From Hyaloraphidium curvatum SAG 235-1 (taxonomy: Eukaryota; Fungi; Monoblepharomycota), in NCBI GenBank assembly GCA_025558095.1, contig JAIVFI010000004.1, positions 248,001 through 312,000 on the forward strand: a DNA stretch of 64,000 nucleotides. The letters are read 5' to 3'. A program made the position numbers and the translations under genes. Under the pieces are notes generated by a model that was not told where the DNA came from, made no database searches, and saw nothing but the letters and a program-made list of their open reading frames with translations. Shown here piece by piece: positions 13,539-24,284 of this stretch (position 1 is the first letter of the stretch; each line of letters opens with the position of its first letter).

Positions 13539-16500
13539 ATGTGGCTGCTCGACGTGAACGTCCCCGCCATCGAGCCCGAGGACGGCGAGGGCGAAGGCGC
13601 GTCGCGGCAGTGCCCCGCGCCGCCCCGCTGACCCCCCCGCAGCGACGCCCGCCCGCAGGTTCACCGTGTGGCTCAAGCCGGGGAACAAGTTCGTCGTCGG
13701 CAGGAAGCGTGAGTCGCTCCCCCGCACCCCCCGGGCACCCCGCCCACCCCCGCATCGCCCCAGCGACCCGCAACGGGGCGGACCCCAACAAGATCGTCAT
13801 CCCGCAGAAGAGCATCTCCAAGGCACATGCGGAATTCGTCGTCGGCCAAGCGGCCCTGGACGAGGTGCGTGGGCACTTCTCGCTTACCGGCACCACCTGA
13901 CGCCCCCACTTCCCCGCAGAACGGCAACGTCCCGCGCCCCACCGTGACCGTGCGGGACCTGGTGTCCAAGTACGGCAGCCACGTCAACAATGCTCAGATC
14001 AACGAGACCACCCCGCTGGCGGAAGGGGACCGGATCGAGCTGGGCGAACCCGGGTTCGAGGACACGGTCTTCCTGACGTGGGCCGCCCTCCCCTGCCCGG
14101 CCCGCGGCCGCCTGACCGCCCTCGCCCAGCCTGCAATGGCAGCCCCTGATGCTCGCCATGTCCGGCTTCCGGAAAACCCAGAAGGCCAAGGTCAAGGAGG
14201 ACTGCGCCGAGCTGGGCATCGAGTGCCACGAGGGCAAGGGCATCGCCCCCGGCACGGACATGCTCCTCGTGCCCAACCTCAGGGTCACGGCCAAGGTGGT
14301 CCAGGCGCTCATGTCGGTGCTCCCGCTGGTCACGGAAAAGTACGTCGACGCGCTGAGGGAGGCGCCGACGGTGGAGTTTTCGATGCCGGACCCTAAGGAG
14401 TGGGTGGCCCGGTCGCCGCCGTCTGCGCGGCAAAGCCGACAGGTGTTCCGCAGCTACTGCCCCACCGAGATTGCCGACGACCTGGTCTCGGCCTCGGCTT
14501 CCGCCTTCCACCCGAATCCCGAGAGGAAGAAGCTGTTCGAGAACAAGGTCTTCGTCTCGATCCTCCAGGACCAGGTGAGGCGCCGCACGCACGCACGCAC
14601 CGTCTCCTTCCGCTCACTGCCCCCAAGTACGAGCGTGTGCGCTTCCCCGTCGAAGCAGGCGGCGGCCAGATCCAGCTCGTCCGCGCCGAACCCGGCGTCA
14701 CCGCCGCGGAGCTCGTCACCCGCATCGCCCGCATCCCCTACGCCGTCCCCCTGGACCCCGCCAACGGCGACGAGCTCGGGTACGAGACCGAGGCCGCGCG
14801 CACGGCGATGGCGGCGCGGTTCGCGCGGCTGGTGGGGGAGCAGGAGATCGCGCACGCGGTGGTGCACTGCTCCACGGAGCTGTTCTGCAACCCGGAGCTC
14901 GCCTACGATCCGCTGCCGGGGCAGAGCCAGGCGTCGGTGATGGCGAGCGCGGTGCAGGGCGCGGGGCCGGCGGCGTCGGGGAGGCCGCCGGCGGGACCGC
15001 AGGCGTCGGGCAGGCAGGGAGGGGCGGCGTCCGCGGGGCCGTCGAACAGGGTGGAGCAGCCGCAGGAAGAGGCGCCCAAGGCGGCCGAGATCGAGATGCT
15101 GGTCGGCATGCCGAAGAAGGTGCGTTTTCGTGCCTGTGCCGTGCCCCGATTCCCTCCAACTTGATCTCGTTTTGGCAGGCAACAAAGACGTCCAAGAAGC
15201 CGATCAAGATGGACGACTTCCTCGACTCGCTCATGGACCAGGTGGAGGTGCAGGCGCAGTCGCTCCCCCAAGGCGACAGCATCGCGTCGCAGGACCGGAG
15301 CGGGCGCAATTCGGGCGGGGACGACTCTGGCGGGGCCAAGCGCCGCGCGTCGCTCGAGGACTCGGGCCACGTCACCTCGGGCTCGCAGGCCTCGCGCCCG
15401 GCCAAGCGACCGAAGCTCGACGCCGTGGACAGCGTGTTCGGGGTGGAGGAGGAGATAGCGCCGGAGCAGGTGGCCCCCGCGCGGGGTCCCAGGCGGCTCA
15501 CGGGCGGCCGGGGGTACTCGCAAGCGGCGCCGGCGCCGGCGCCGACGGCGGGGCAGCCGAGGCAGTGGTCGCAGACGGTCCGCCCGCAGATGGAGGTCGA
15601 GGAGGCGCCGGACGCGGCCATCGACGTGGACGAGCAGCCCGAGTGGCAGGACGCCCCCGAGAGCATGTACAAGCCGCTGCAGCCGGGCGATCCGGGGTAC
15701 GACTACCTGCACGAGGAGCCCCCGGATGACGACGACGACAGGGTCGGGTTTGAAGACATGGAGCCGGCGACGGGCGCCAAGGGCAAGAAGACCGCGAAAG
15801 TGGCGAAGCCCGGCTTCACCATGAAGCCCGAGAAGGTGGCCGAGATGGCGCGCAAGGCGGTCAAGGCGCGCAAGGACGCGAGGCCGGAGGACAGGGCGCT
15901 GCTGGAGCTCAACGAGCAGATGGGCGCCATCAAGGTCTCCATCGGCGCCAAGGTCTTTGAAACTCCGAAGCCCACGCGGGTCGAGGCGCCGCCGAAGAAG
16001 GGCAAAGGCAAGGGGAAGGAGAAGGAGGGGGCCACGGACATCCCGAACTTCAAGAGGTTCCGCAAGGTGCGACGGACTTCTTTGTTCCACTCTTCTGATG
16101 GCTCATTCTCTTTGCGCGGCGCAGAACTTGCAGGCCGATCGGAACCATCCCGTGCTCAGGGAGACGATCAACTGCGTGGTCGCGACCCGCGACGACGAAT
16201 GGTCAGATCGCGTGTGGCTGCAGGAGGCCGAGGACCCGCAGCTGAGGAGGCGGGTGGCCGGCTCGGCGCCGCAGGGCATGCAGTACCGCAACATCGAGGA
16301 GCTGCATCGGGAGCCCGACGAGGACGACGAGGAGCGCGAGCAATTCGACGACGACAACGCCTCGATCACGTCGCGCGCCAAGAGCAGGAAGGGGGCGAGC
16401 GCGTACGGCGACGACGACGCCCACTCTGTGTCGCGGTCGACCGTGCGTTCTCGCGCGACGAAGCGGCAGCGCGTGGGGAGCGACGACGAGGACTCGCTGA

Positions 16501-16646
16501 GGAACGACTCGCTCCTGCATTACAACCCCCCGAAGCCGCTGCGCCCGCGCGGCAAGTCCGCGGGCAAGGGGTCGCGGCTGGTCGATCCGTTTGTGATCGA
16601 CGACTCGGACGACGAGGAGAACGACGAGTCAATGTTCCGGCTTTGA
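13539..16646 (+). CDS. NBS1: Nibrin/Nbs1 (FHA-BRCT, MRN complex)
   Basis: N-terminal MWLL..FHA (VVGRK, SISKAHAEF, SKYGSHVN), BRCT-like region, Mre11-binding NFKRFRK motif, acidic C-terminus ending MFRL; several introns. Confidence 0.85.
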
Positions 16647-16693
16647 GCTGCAGGGTTTGGCATAGATTCCCCTTTGTCAAGACAGAGATACCC

Positions 16694-18019
16694 CTACTCC
16701 TTCACCAGAACTCCGAATTTGAGGTCGAACTCTCCGTCCTTGGTTCCCGGATCCGCCCTGGTCCACACCACGTCGTAGCTCTCCTCCGTGGGCACCGGGA
16801 ACGAGAATCGCGACGTCTTCCCGCCCTTATAGCTGGACTTCAACACAGAGGAGCCGTCCGACTTCTTCGTCACCTCGACGGCCAGCGGCTCTTCGGCCAC
16901 AAAGGTGAAGGTCGCGACGGCCTTGCCCTTGCCGTCCAGCATTTCCTCAATGATCTCCAGATTGAAGGCGAATCGCGAGTGGACGCTGTGCGTGTGGTAG
17001 TCCAGCGGCGTCGAGTCCGTGATGAGCTCCAGCTCCTCTTCTTCGTCCTCGTGGACCGTCGTTATGTCGACCGACGTTCTCCGCCCGTGGCCTTCGGTGA
17101 AGAGCTTCGGGACGCAGCCCCCCTCCATATGCGAGCAGGTGCACTTGCCGCCGTACCGCGCGGGCAGGTTTTCGGCAGGAATGTGCTGAAGGAGGATCTT
17201 TTGGTAGTCGCCTCCCAGGATGTGGACTTTCTCCTGGACTCGTTTGTCGAGCCAGCCCCTCAAAACGCGCCAAATCTTGACGTATCGTAGCTAGTCAGCA
17301 AAAAGGTTGCCAAAGGGTCAAGAGAAACCTACGAGCGTAAACACGTAAGGAGCATTGACGACAAACAGCTGGTTGAGGCGCTCGGGGTATACGCGTTGGT
17401 CGCAATCCGTCACGGTCTTTAGCAACTGGAGCGCCGGGGTGTGGAGCTGGTGGAATCCTAGGCCCTCGACGTCCATTAGGGCGGTCAATTGGGAATCAGG
17501 GTTGCCTCGCTGCTCAGAGAATTCCATGAGCGGTCCCAACAGCGCTTCCGAATTGAGCAAATGCCATTCCATGAGCTCGTTCGGCGGTGTCGTCGCGTGG
17601 AAGCCCTTGGCATCATGTCTGCCAGGCAGTTCGATGACGAGGGGACGCCCTTCCTTGTCGAACTTGTGCCAACATCCCCCGCCGTGATTCGAGAGCCAGT
17701 TCCACCGAGGAACGCGCTTGTCCGAAAAGTCGACGTTCGAGTCCTTAACTAGCGGCCCGTAGCCCCGAATCGGAAACAGGGCAGGACGTCCGTCGACAAA
17801 GTAGAGCTCGCGGTCGTCGAGCTTCCATTCCCGGCGGAAGGCAAAGTATTCCACGAGCATCTGCTTCGCTTTGGCCAAATCGTTCTGTCGGGCCACGATG
17901 AATCGTTCGAGGTCCCTGTCCGTGAGCTTCTCAACGTCTGCCTTGTTCACGTCCGGAGTGGCGAGGAGCATTTGTCGGAGCTTCGAAATGGAAGCATCGT
18001 CGACACGCACGGTCGACAT
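16694..18019 (-). CDS. CRAL-TRIO (Sec14-like) lipid-binding protein with C-terminal beta domain
   Basis: LERFIVARQNDLAKAKQML, DKEGRPL, YPERLNQLFVVNAPYVF, IPAENLPARYGG; one intron at ~17285-17331. Confidence 0.88.
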
Positions 18020-18171
18020 CACGAGGGTAGTTCGCGGAGCGAAAGCTGAGGAGCGTTTCCGGACTGGACAGACGTGGTGGTGCGCGCGTCGGACTCGCTC
18101 CATCACGCGCTCCCGCCTCAAACTCCGCACGTGAGATCGGCAGAAAACGAGCACGGCCGGAGACCTTCGCA

Positions 18172-20619
18172 TTACTGCTGCTTACATTCCGCTTCCTGCT
18201 TCCTCGCATCGGCCGAGGACGGGGCGCTGCCTCCCGCCTTCTTGTTGACGAACACCTGCTTCGGCGCACGGCCGCCCGCGGCCGCACCGATCGAGTCATT
18301 GGGAGCCAATCCCGTGCCGGGAACGGAGTCCAGCCGCTTCGTCCCGGGTGCTGTAGATGGAGGGTCCTCGGTCACCCGTTCCGCCGTTGGTACTCGTTGG
18401 CGGCGCGGCCCGGCGCTTAAAGTGTGACCAAGAGCCGATCCCGGGATCTCCGACAGCGGATTCCGATCGGCAAGCGTCCGAATCGGCGTCGGGCCGGCGG
18501 CAGCGCCGCCGGAAGAGGCGTTCTCCGCGATCGGGTCCGAGTCCAGAGGAGACGCAGGGCTCCGCGTCGGCGCATCCTGAGAATTGGGTGTGCGCTCCAT
18601 GCCGCGCTTCATGTTGCCGGTCGTCACGGCAACCAAAAGAGACCGTGTTTGCGTATGGCCGGTCTTGAGCGAGGCCGACGTCACGTTCGAGAACGTGTTT
18701 TCCATGTTCATGGAACCGGCCGACGAGCTGGAAGTGTCGCTGTCGATCTCATGCCTTACCGAGCGGATGGTAAACTCGGCCGGAGAGTCACTGTCGGCTG
18801 CGGGGAGCGGATCGGGTTCTGACCGGGTTTCCGGTGCCGCAGGCCTGGGGAGCTCGGGCAGGTCGGTGTCCAGGGCGACAGCACTCGCAAGCACAAGCTT
18901 CTGGGGGAGCTCCGCAGGAGCTGGTTCCACATCCAACGGTGAGAGCTCCTGGTCTGTCTGACTTGCGATGTGGCGCCGCGTGCGGCGCTCAGTACCCGAG
19001 ACCGCAGGCGCATCCTCGATCACGGTCTCGGAAACGAGGTTGCTCAGCTGCTCCTTCTCCTCCAGGAGAACCTTGGCTTCCTCCGCCTCCCACTTCCATT
19101 TTGCGGCCTCGTTCCGGAGCCGCTCGATCTCCTCCTCCTTCTCGCCCAGCGCCCGCTCCGTCTTACGTAGCTTCTCGATCTCCCCTACGCGAAGCATCTT
19201 CATGGTCCTCAGCTCCCCGCGGAGAAACTCGCACTCCGACTCGAGGGTCGAGAGGCGGAGCCGGAGCGTCTGCAGCGTCTGGGCATCGCTGGCACTGGGG
19301 GCTGCAGCGCCGACAATGCCGTTGTCCATCCCCACGGGTACTTCTGCGCTTGCTCCACCCCGCTCGAGGGCGGCGATCCGGGCGACCAGCGCCCTGTTTT
19401 CGCTGTCCTTTTCGCCGAGCGCCTGCTCCAGTCGGTGCAAGCGCTCCTCGTCCGTCCGGGACTGGGTCAGCTGCGTGAGCCGGCTGATGTGGTTGCGCAT
19501 TCGCTCCTGCTGATGCACGTTCTGGTGGTGAACACGCATCAGCCCCTTGTGCTTGGCAGTGAGCTGGTTGTGCCGTGACTCGAGGGCCTGCCGGCGGTCC
19601 TCGACCTCGGAAAAGAGGCTATGGGCATTCTCGTCGTCGTCGAACACGTCCACAGCGGCGAGATTGACGGCGGCAGCATTCTTCTCGCCGTTCAAGATGG
19701 CCTTGAGGTTCGCAACGAGATCCCGCTCGTCGGCGAGCTTCCCCTCCAGCTCGTCGATCCGGCTGTGCTGCAGCACGTTCTCGTCCCGGAGCGTCTCCAT
19801 GCCGTCGCAGCGCTCCTCGAGCTCCCTGCAGCGCAGGGCCCAGGATTCCGCTTCCTGGCGCAGGCCGTCCAGCTGCCCCTCGGCGTGGTCCGCCCTCTGC
19901 GCGAGCTCCTCCGCGAGGGATTCCAGCTCATCAATCCGGGCCGCGTAGGCGGCCTCCGTGCCGGCAAGCTTCTTGCCCTCCTTGACCTGCTTGAGGATTT
20001 CGGCTTTTTCGCGGGCCAGCTGGGCCTTGTCGGCCTCGAGCTCGCGGATCGCGACCAGGGCCTGGGACAGCTCCTCCTTGTGCGCCGCTTCGAGGTCCTT
20101 AGCCTTCTTGTCGTGGATCAGGTTTGCCCTCTCCAGCTCGGCGTTGGCAAATGCGAGCGAATCGAGCCTCTGCTGGAGCTCCTGGTTGATCCGTTCCAGC
20201 TCGAACAGGTGGTTGACCGTCAGGTCCTCCCCCGGCGCCCGATGCCTGGATCCCGCGCCCTGGGAAGCCGGCGGGGTCGGGAGCACGGCGGCCGCATCGC
20301 CGCCAGCCGGCTGCCGCGCCAGAGCGCTCTCGTAGTCCTCGAGCACGCGGTTGTACTCGGCCTTGAGCTGCTCGTTCGCCTCGAGCAGCTTCGAGCCGAT
20401 CTCGGCGGCCAGCGCGCAGTCGCGCTCCTTCTCGCGCACGAGGCGCCACGCGTCCTTCAGCGCCGACCGCAGTTCGATTGCGGTGAGACGGTCGACTGCC
20501 GGCGTGGCGGGGAAGGAGCCGACCGACCCACGCCCCGACGGCGTGTGCGCTGCCCGGCTGCCGCCGCGCGAAGACGGCGTCTGCGGCATTGCCGCCTCTG
20601 GCGCGTCGTCCGGTTCCAT
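18172..20619 (-). CDS. SPDL1: Spindly-like dynein adaptor (coiled coil, CC1 box, Spindly motif, CaaX)
   Basis: LAAEIGSKLL (CC1 box), HSLFSEVEDRR (Spindly box), C-terminal CKQQ*; intronless. Confidence 0.75.
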   Translation of the reverse strand: MEPDDAPEAAMPQTPSSRGGSRAAHTPSGRGSVGSFPATPAVDRLTAIELRSALKDAWRLVREKERDCALAAEIGSKLLEANEQLKAEYNRVLEDYESALARQPAGGDAAAVLPTPPASQGAGSRHRAPGEDLTVNHLFELERINQELQQRLDSLAFANAELERANLIHDKKAKDLEAAHKEELSQALVAIRELEADKAQLAREKAEILKQVKEGKKLAGTEAAYAARIDELESLAEELAQRADHAEGQLDGLRQEAESWALRCRELEERCDGMETLRDENVLQHSRIDELEGKLADERDLVANLKAILNGEKNAAAVNLAAVDVFDDDENAHSLFSEVEDRRQALESRHNQLTAKHKGLMRVHHQNVHQQERMRNHISRLTQLTQSRTDEERLHRLEQALGEKDSENRALVARIAALERGGASAEVPVGMDNGIVGAAAPSASDAQTLQTLRLRLSTLESECEFLRGELRTMKMLRVGEIEKLRKTERALGEKEEEIERLRNEAAKWKWEAEEAKVLLEEKEQLSNLVSETVIEDAPAVSGTERRTRRHIASQTDQELSPLDVEPAPAELPQKLVLASAVALDTDLPELPRPAAPETRSEPDPLPAADSDSPAEFTIRSVRHEIDSDTSSSSAGSMNMENTFSNVTSASLKTGHTQTRSLLVAVTTGNMKRGMERTPNSQDAPTRSPASPLDSDPIAENASSGGAAAGPTPIRTLADRNPLSEIPGSALGHTLSAGPRRQRVPTAERVTEDPPSTAPGTKRLDSVPGTGLAPNDSIGAAAGGRAPKQVFVNKKAGGSAPSSADARKQEAECKQQ

Positions 20620-21013
20620 GGGCCCACGGCGCGGCGAATTCGAAGACGAAGGTGGGGGGGGGGGGGGAGAAGTCAACAACACTCACGTCAATCACGCTGC
20701 TCGGCCATGCCCCGATCACGCTTCAGATCACGTGCCAACTGCTAGTCAAACGAAGAAGAAAGCAAAGAGCATGGAGCGTGGATACTGGGCCCTTGCGGTT
20801 GTGCCCGCTTAAGATCGGCCCCGTACGCTTCAGGTTGCCGGGCGCCCTGCCAGAAGAAACCGACAGGATGCTTCGAAATAAAGGTGCTCAGGATCAAAGC
20901 TTTCCATTCTCTGTTAGACGCCGGCGGAGAGATCGATCGATCGATGAGTAGTCCCCGACGAAGACCCTGACGACCGCCCGCCGCGTCCCCCCGCACACCC
21001 ACACCGCGCTACG

Positions 21014-22194
21014 ATGGCCAGCAACCCGCCGCCGCCTGCGGCCACCACCTACGCGGCCCCTACGTACGCGGCCCCTACTTACGCCGCCCCGGCCGTCGGC
21101 ACTTCGTCGGTGGCCGCGGCGCCGGCCGTGCCCCAGCAGGTAATTGATCCCCCATCCTGGAAATGCCACGGCGTCGCTGTGCCATCTTTCGACTGTCGGC
21201 CAGCCGTTACCGACGGTCGGATAGCTTGCTCCACGCGACCGGCGGTTGCAGAGACTCGAAATCTGGGGATCCGAGGCATGAGAGGCATCGTCCCGGGCGC
21301 AGATAGTCGGCCACCCAAGCTCGGGCCAATCGGCGACTTACACTTCTTTCTCCGTCCAGGTATACTATCCTCCTGCTCCTCAAGTTCCTGCCGGCGGTCC
21401 GCAGGCCTTCACTGCCCCGCTTGCTGGCCCGGCTCCTCCTCCGCCGTTCGTGGCCCCGTGCGACCTCGAGACGAGGACTTGCTGCTGACACAGAGCCGTA
21501 CAGTCCGGCGAACGTTGTGTACGGGCCTCCTGCCTATGCTGCGCCTCCCCCCGGCGCCGTGGATCCCTCGGAGACCGCCCCCCCGCCCGCGTACACTGCC
21601 ATCTACACGGATCCGACCAAGAGCCCGACCATCTTCGACCCGCAGACCAATCAGCCCGTCTACTATCAAGTCGGTCGTGGTGTTGGCCCGGCGGAGATGG
21701 TTCTCTGACTCTGCCATCTCCCTCAGGTCCAGGATCAATGGGTCGTCGTCAACACGACCCACGCGCTGCGCATGTTCTGCCCTTACGATCAAGATTGGGT
21801 CACCACTCACTGCGAGAAGGCGCCTGGAGGCCAAGCTCTCTGCTGCTGCATGTTCTTGTGGTGTTTCTGCTGGCCTCTGGTCCGTTTTGCCTCGGCCGCC
21901 GTGTTGTCGCCCCGCTGACCTGCTGTCCACCAGATGCTGTGCCCCTTCCTCATGCCAAGCTGCTACGACGAGGTCCGATTTTTTTGCTCCTATAGTGAGA
22001 CATTGTCTGACCATGGCTTCCTTCTCTCCCTTCGCTTCTTCCACGTCAAACTTCTGGTGCTCGTTGGTTTTCTAGGTACACAGTGGGTATGAACCTTGTT
22101 CTGTCTTTTCTCGTTGTAACCAAAGCCTCTTGCAGTCTGCCCCCGCTGCAATCGCACTTTGGCAGTCGTTCCTGCGGGACAGCGGGCAACGTAG
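21014..22194 (+). CDS. LITAF-domain membrane-associated protein with PPxY motifs
   Basis: Pro/Tyr-rich N-terminus (PPAY); spliced FCPYDQDWVTTHCEKAPGGQALCCCMFLWCFCWPL|MLCPFLMPSCYDE|VH|ICPRCNRTLA; includes 7-nt microexon 22076-22082. Confidence 0.8.
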
Positions 22195-22305
22195 TGGAAG
22201 GCGTCATTGGAACGGAGCGACGAGTGTGGCACTATTCCTCATGTCTCATCAAGTTTCACATTACACTAAGTTTGATTCGAATTTCTTGTGGCCAAATCCA
22301 TTCGT

Positions 22306-24137
22306 TCAGAAGGCTTCGTCCGCGGCTGGAAGTGTGACTTTCTCCACGACAAGAGTCGAAGTCGCAGTTTCGATCACCGCGGGAGCCTCGTCAGCTGCCG
22401 CCTCCGCCATCTCGACATCACCGTTGGCCTTGTCTTCCTTTTGCTCGCTCTCGGCGGGCTCCTCTGCAGCGGGCTCGGGATCGGCTTTCTGTGCGGGCTC
22501 CTCGACCATCGGCTCGTCCGCAGCGGCCCCCGCCACAGCAGGTGTCTCGGCAGCAACCGGTTCGGCGGGCACTTCCGCAACGGGCTCATCAGCAGCAGGC
22601 TCTTGGACAGCCGGCTCCTCTTCGGCGACCGGAGCAGGCTCATCGGCGATCGGTGCCTCCCCGGCGGGCTCCTCGGTCGCGGGCTCGTCAGCTGCGGGCT
22701 TCTCGTCCGCGGGCTCGAGCCTTGCTTTCTTGGCCGAGGGCTTCTCTTCTTCCTCCGTCGACTTGTCGTCGTCGGAATCGACCAGCTCCTTCGACAGCTC
22801 GCCCTTCTTCTGCAGTTGGGGCCGCGGATCAGCAACCGCACGGAGTAAGAAACGACAAAACCAACAGGGCTGGATGTCTTGCGCTTTTTCGAAGGCGCTT
22901 TCGCCTTTGCAGCGGCAGCTTTCTTCGGGGCTGCGCGCTTTCTCTTGGGCTGGCCGCGACGGGAAGAGCGTCAGACCACAGCAACACGCGACCGAGCCTC
23001 GAGTAACCTTGTCGTCCTCCGAGTCCTGCTCCGGCGGCGATTCCGATTCCGGTTCCTCCTCTTCCGGCTCATCCTCGCTCTCCGACTTGCGCTTCTTCGG
23101 GGCGGCCTTGGGCTTCGCAGCGGCTTTCTTTGCCGGCGTCTTTTTCTTCGGCTGTGTAAAGCACGGCGTGAGTCGAGAAACGGCGCAGTTTCAGAAGCAA
23201 TAAAAGGTACCTTCTCCTCCTCAGACTTGACATGCCGCAGCGGACTGTTAGACGATGTGTACTCGTGCGCGGGACACCGACCAACCTTTTCCTCCACCTC
23301 CTCGGGCTCGGACGGTTCCTCTGAGCTTTCTTCGTCCTCCTCATCGTCGTCGTCGTCCTTGCGACCCTTTCGCTTCTTGGACGCGCTGGCCTTCTTCTTG
23401 GGCGCGGACTTTGCCTTGGCACCGCCGCTCTTGCGCCTCTTGGAGGTTTCCGACTCGCTGGGCTCCTTCAGGAATGACACGATACGCTCAATCAAGTCCT
23501 CCTTGGTTCCGCTCAGCTTGGTTTGGAGAAACGTTGGTCAGGAGTACTTTGACAGCTGCATCCCGGTTACCTGAAGGTTGAGCACCCTCGCGACATCCTT
23601 CAGGATATCCATCTTGGGCTTCTCAAGCTTCTGCCGCACTTTCTTCTCCTCGGCTTCGGATTCGAAGACAAAGCCGGAGAAGGAGCGGATATGGCCCTTC
23701 GCCTTGAGGTGGTCGCCCGGAGTGTTGAAGAGAACCCGGTGCAGCAGCTTGACGACCTCGTCGCCGCCCTTTCTCTTCTCAAGCTCGTGTTTGATCCCCT
23801 CAATGCTTCCCAGCTCGACGCCCTTGCCCTTGACGATTTCCACGGCGTGGGACTTGGGGCCCGCGTCGGCGGTCGGGTCGAACGCTTGCACGGGCTTCGA
23901 CGCCCTCTTCTGGCGCCGCGCGCCGATTCCGACATGCGCTTCGTCGGCCGAGGCGCCCGTTTCGGCGGCATCTTCCGCGTGGGACGCCTCTGCGGGATCC
24001 GCTACGGGTTCGGCCGACGGTTCGCGGTCTTGCTCGGCCGCTGGGGCCTTTTTGGCGGCTTCCGGCTCCTGGGCCGCCGTCGGAGCGTCCGACACTTCGG
24101 CCGCCGGTGCCGGCTCAACCACAGCTTCGTCGGACAT
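22306..24137 (-). CDS. DEK: DEK-like chromatin protein (pseudo-SAP/SAP region, acidic tail)
   Basis: GKGVELGSIEGI..LLHRVLF..KGHIRSFSGFVF..ARVLNL|LSGTKEDLIERIVSFLKEP; multi-exon acidic/Lys-rich C-terminus. Confidence 0.75.
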
Positions 24138-24284
24138 TGCGCGAAACGTTTCGGGACGGTCGATTGTTTGCAGGAGTTGGTCGCGCTAAACCCGTCTGGC
24201 CAAGTACGCGAAAATTCTTCACGCGCCGGACAAACATCGCGTGTTGACTTCCAATTCCAGCGCGTGGCTCCCGGCGCCAGCATC

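Noticed and set aside
20654-20945. G14 run (20654-20667) and (GATC)n stretch (~20931-20945) in the Spindly/LITAF promoter
   Set aside because: Short simple repeats with no evidence of function from sequence alone.
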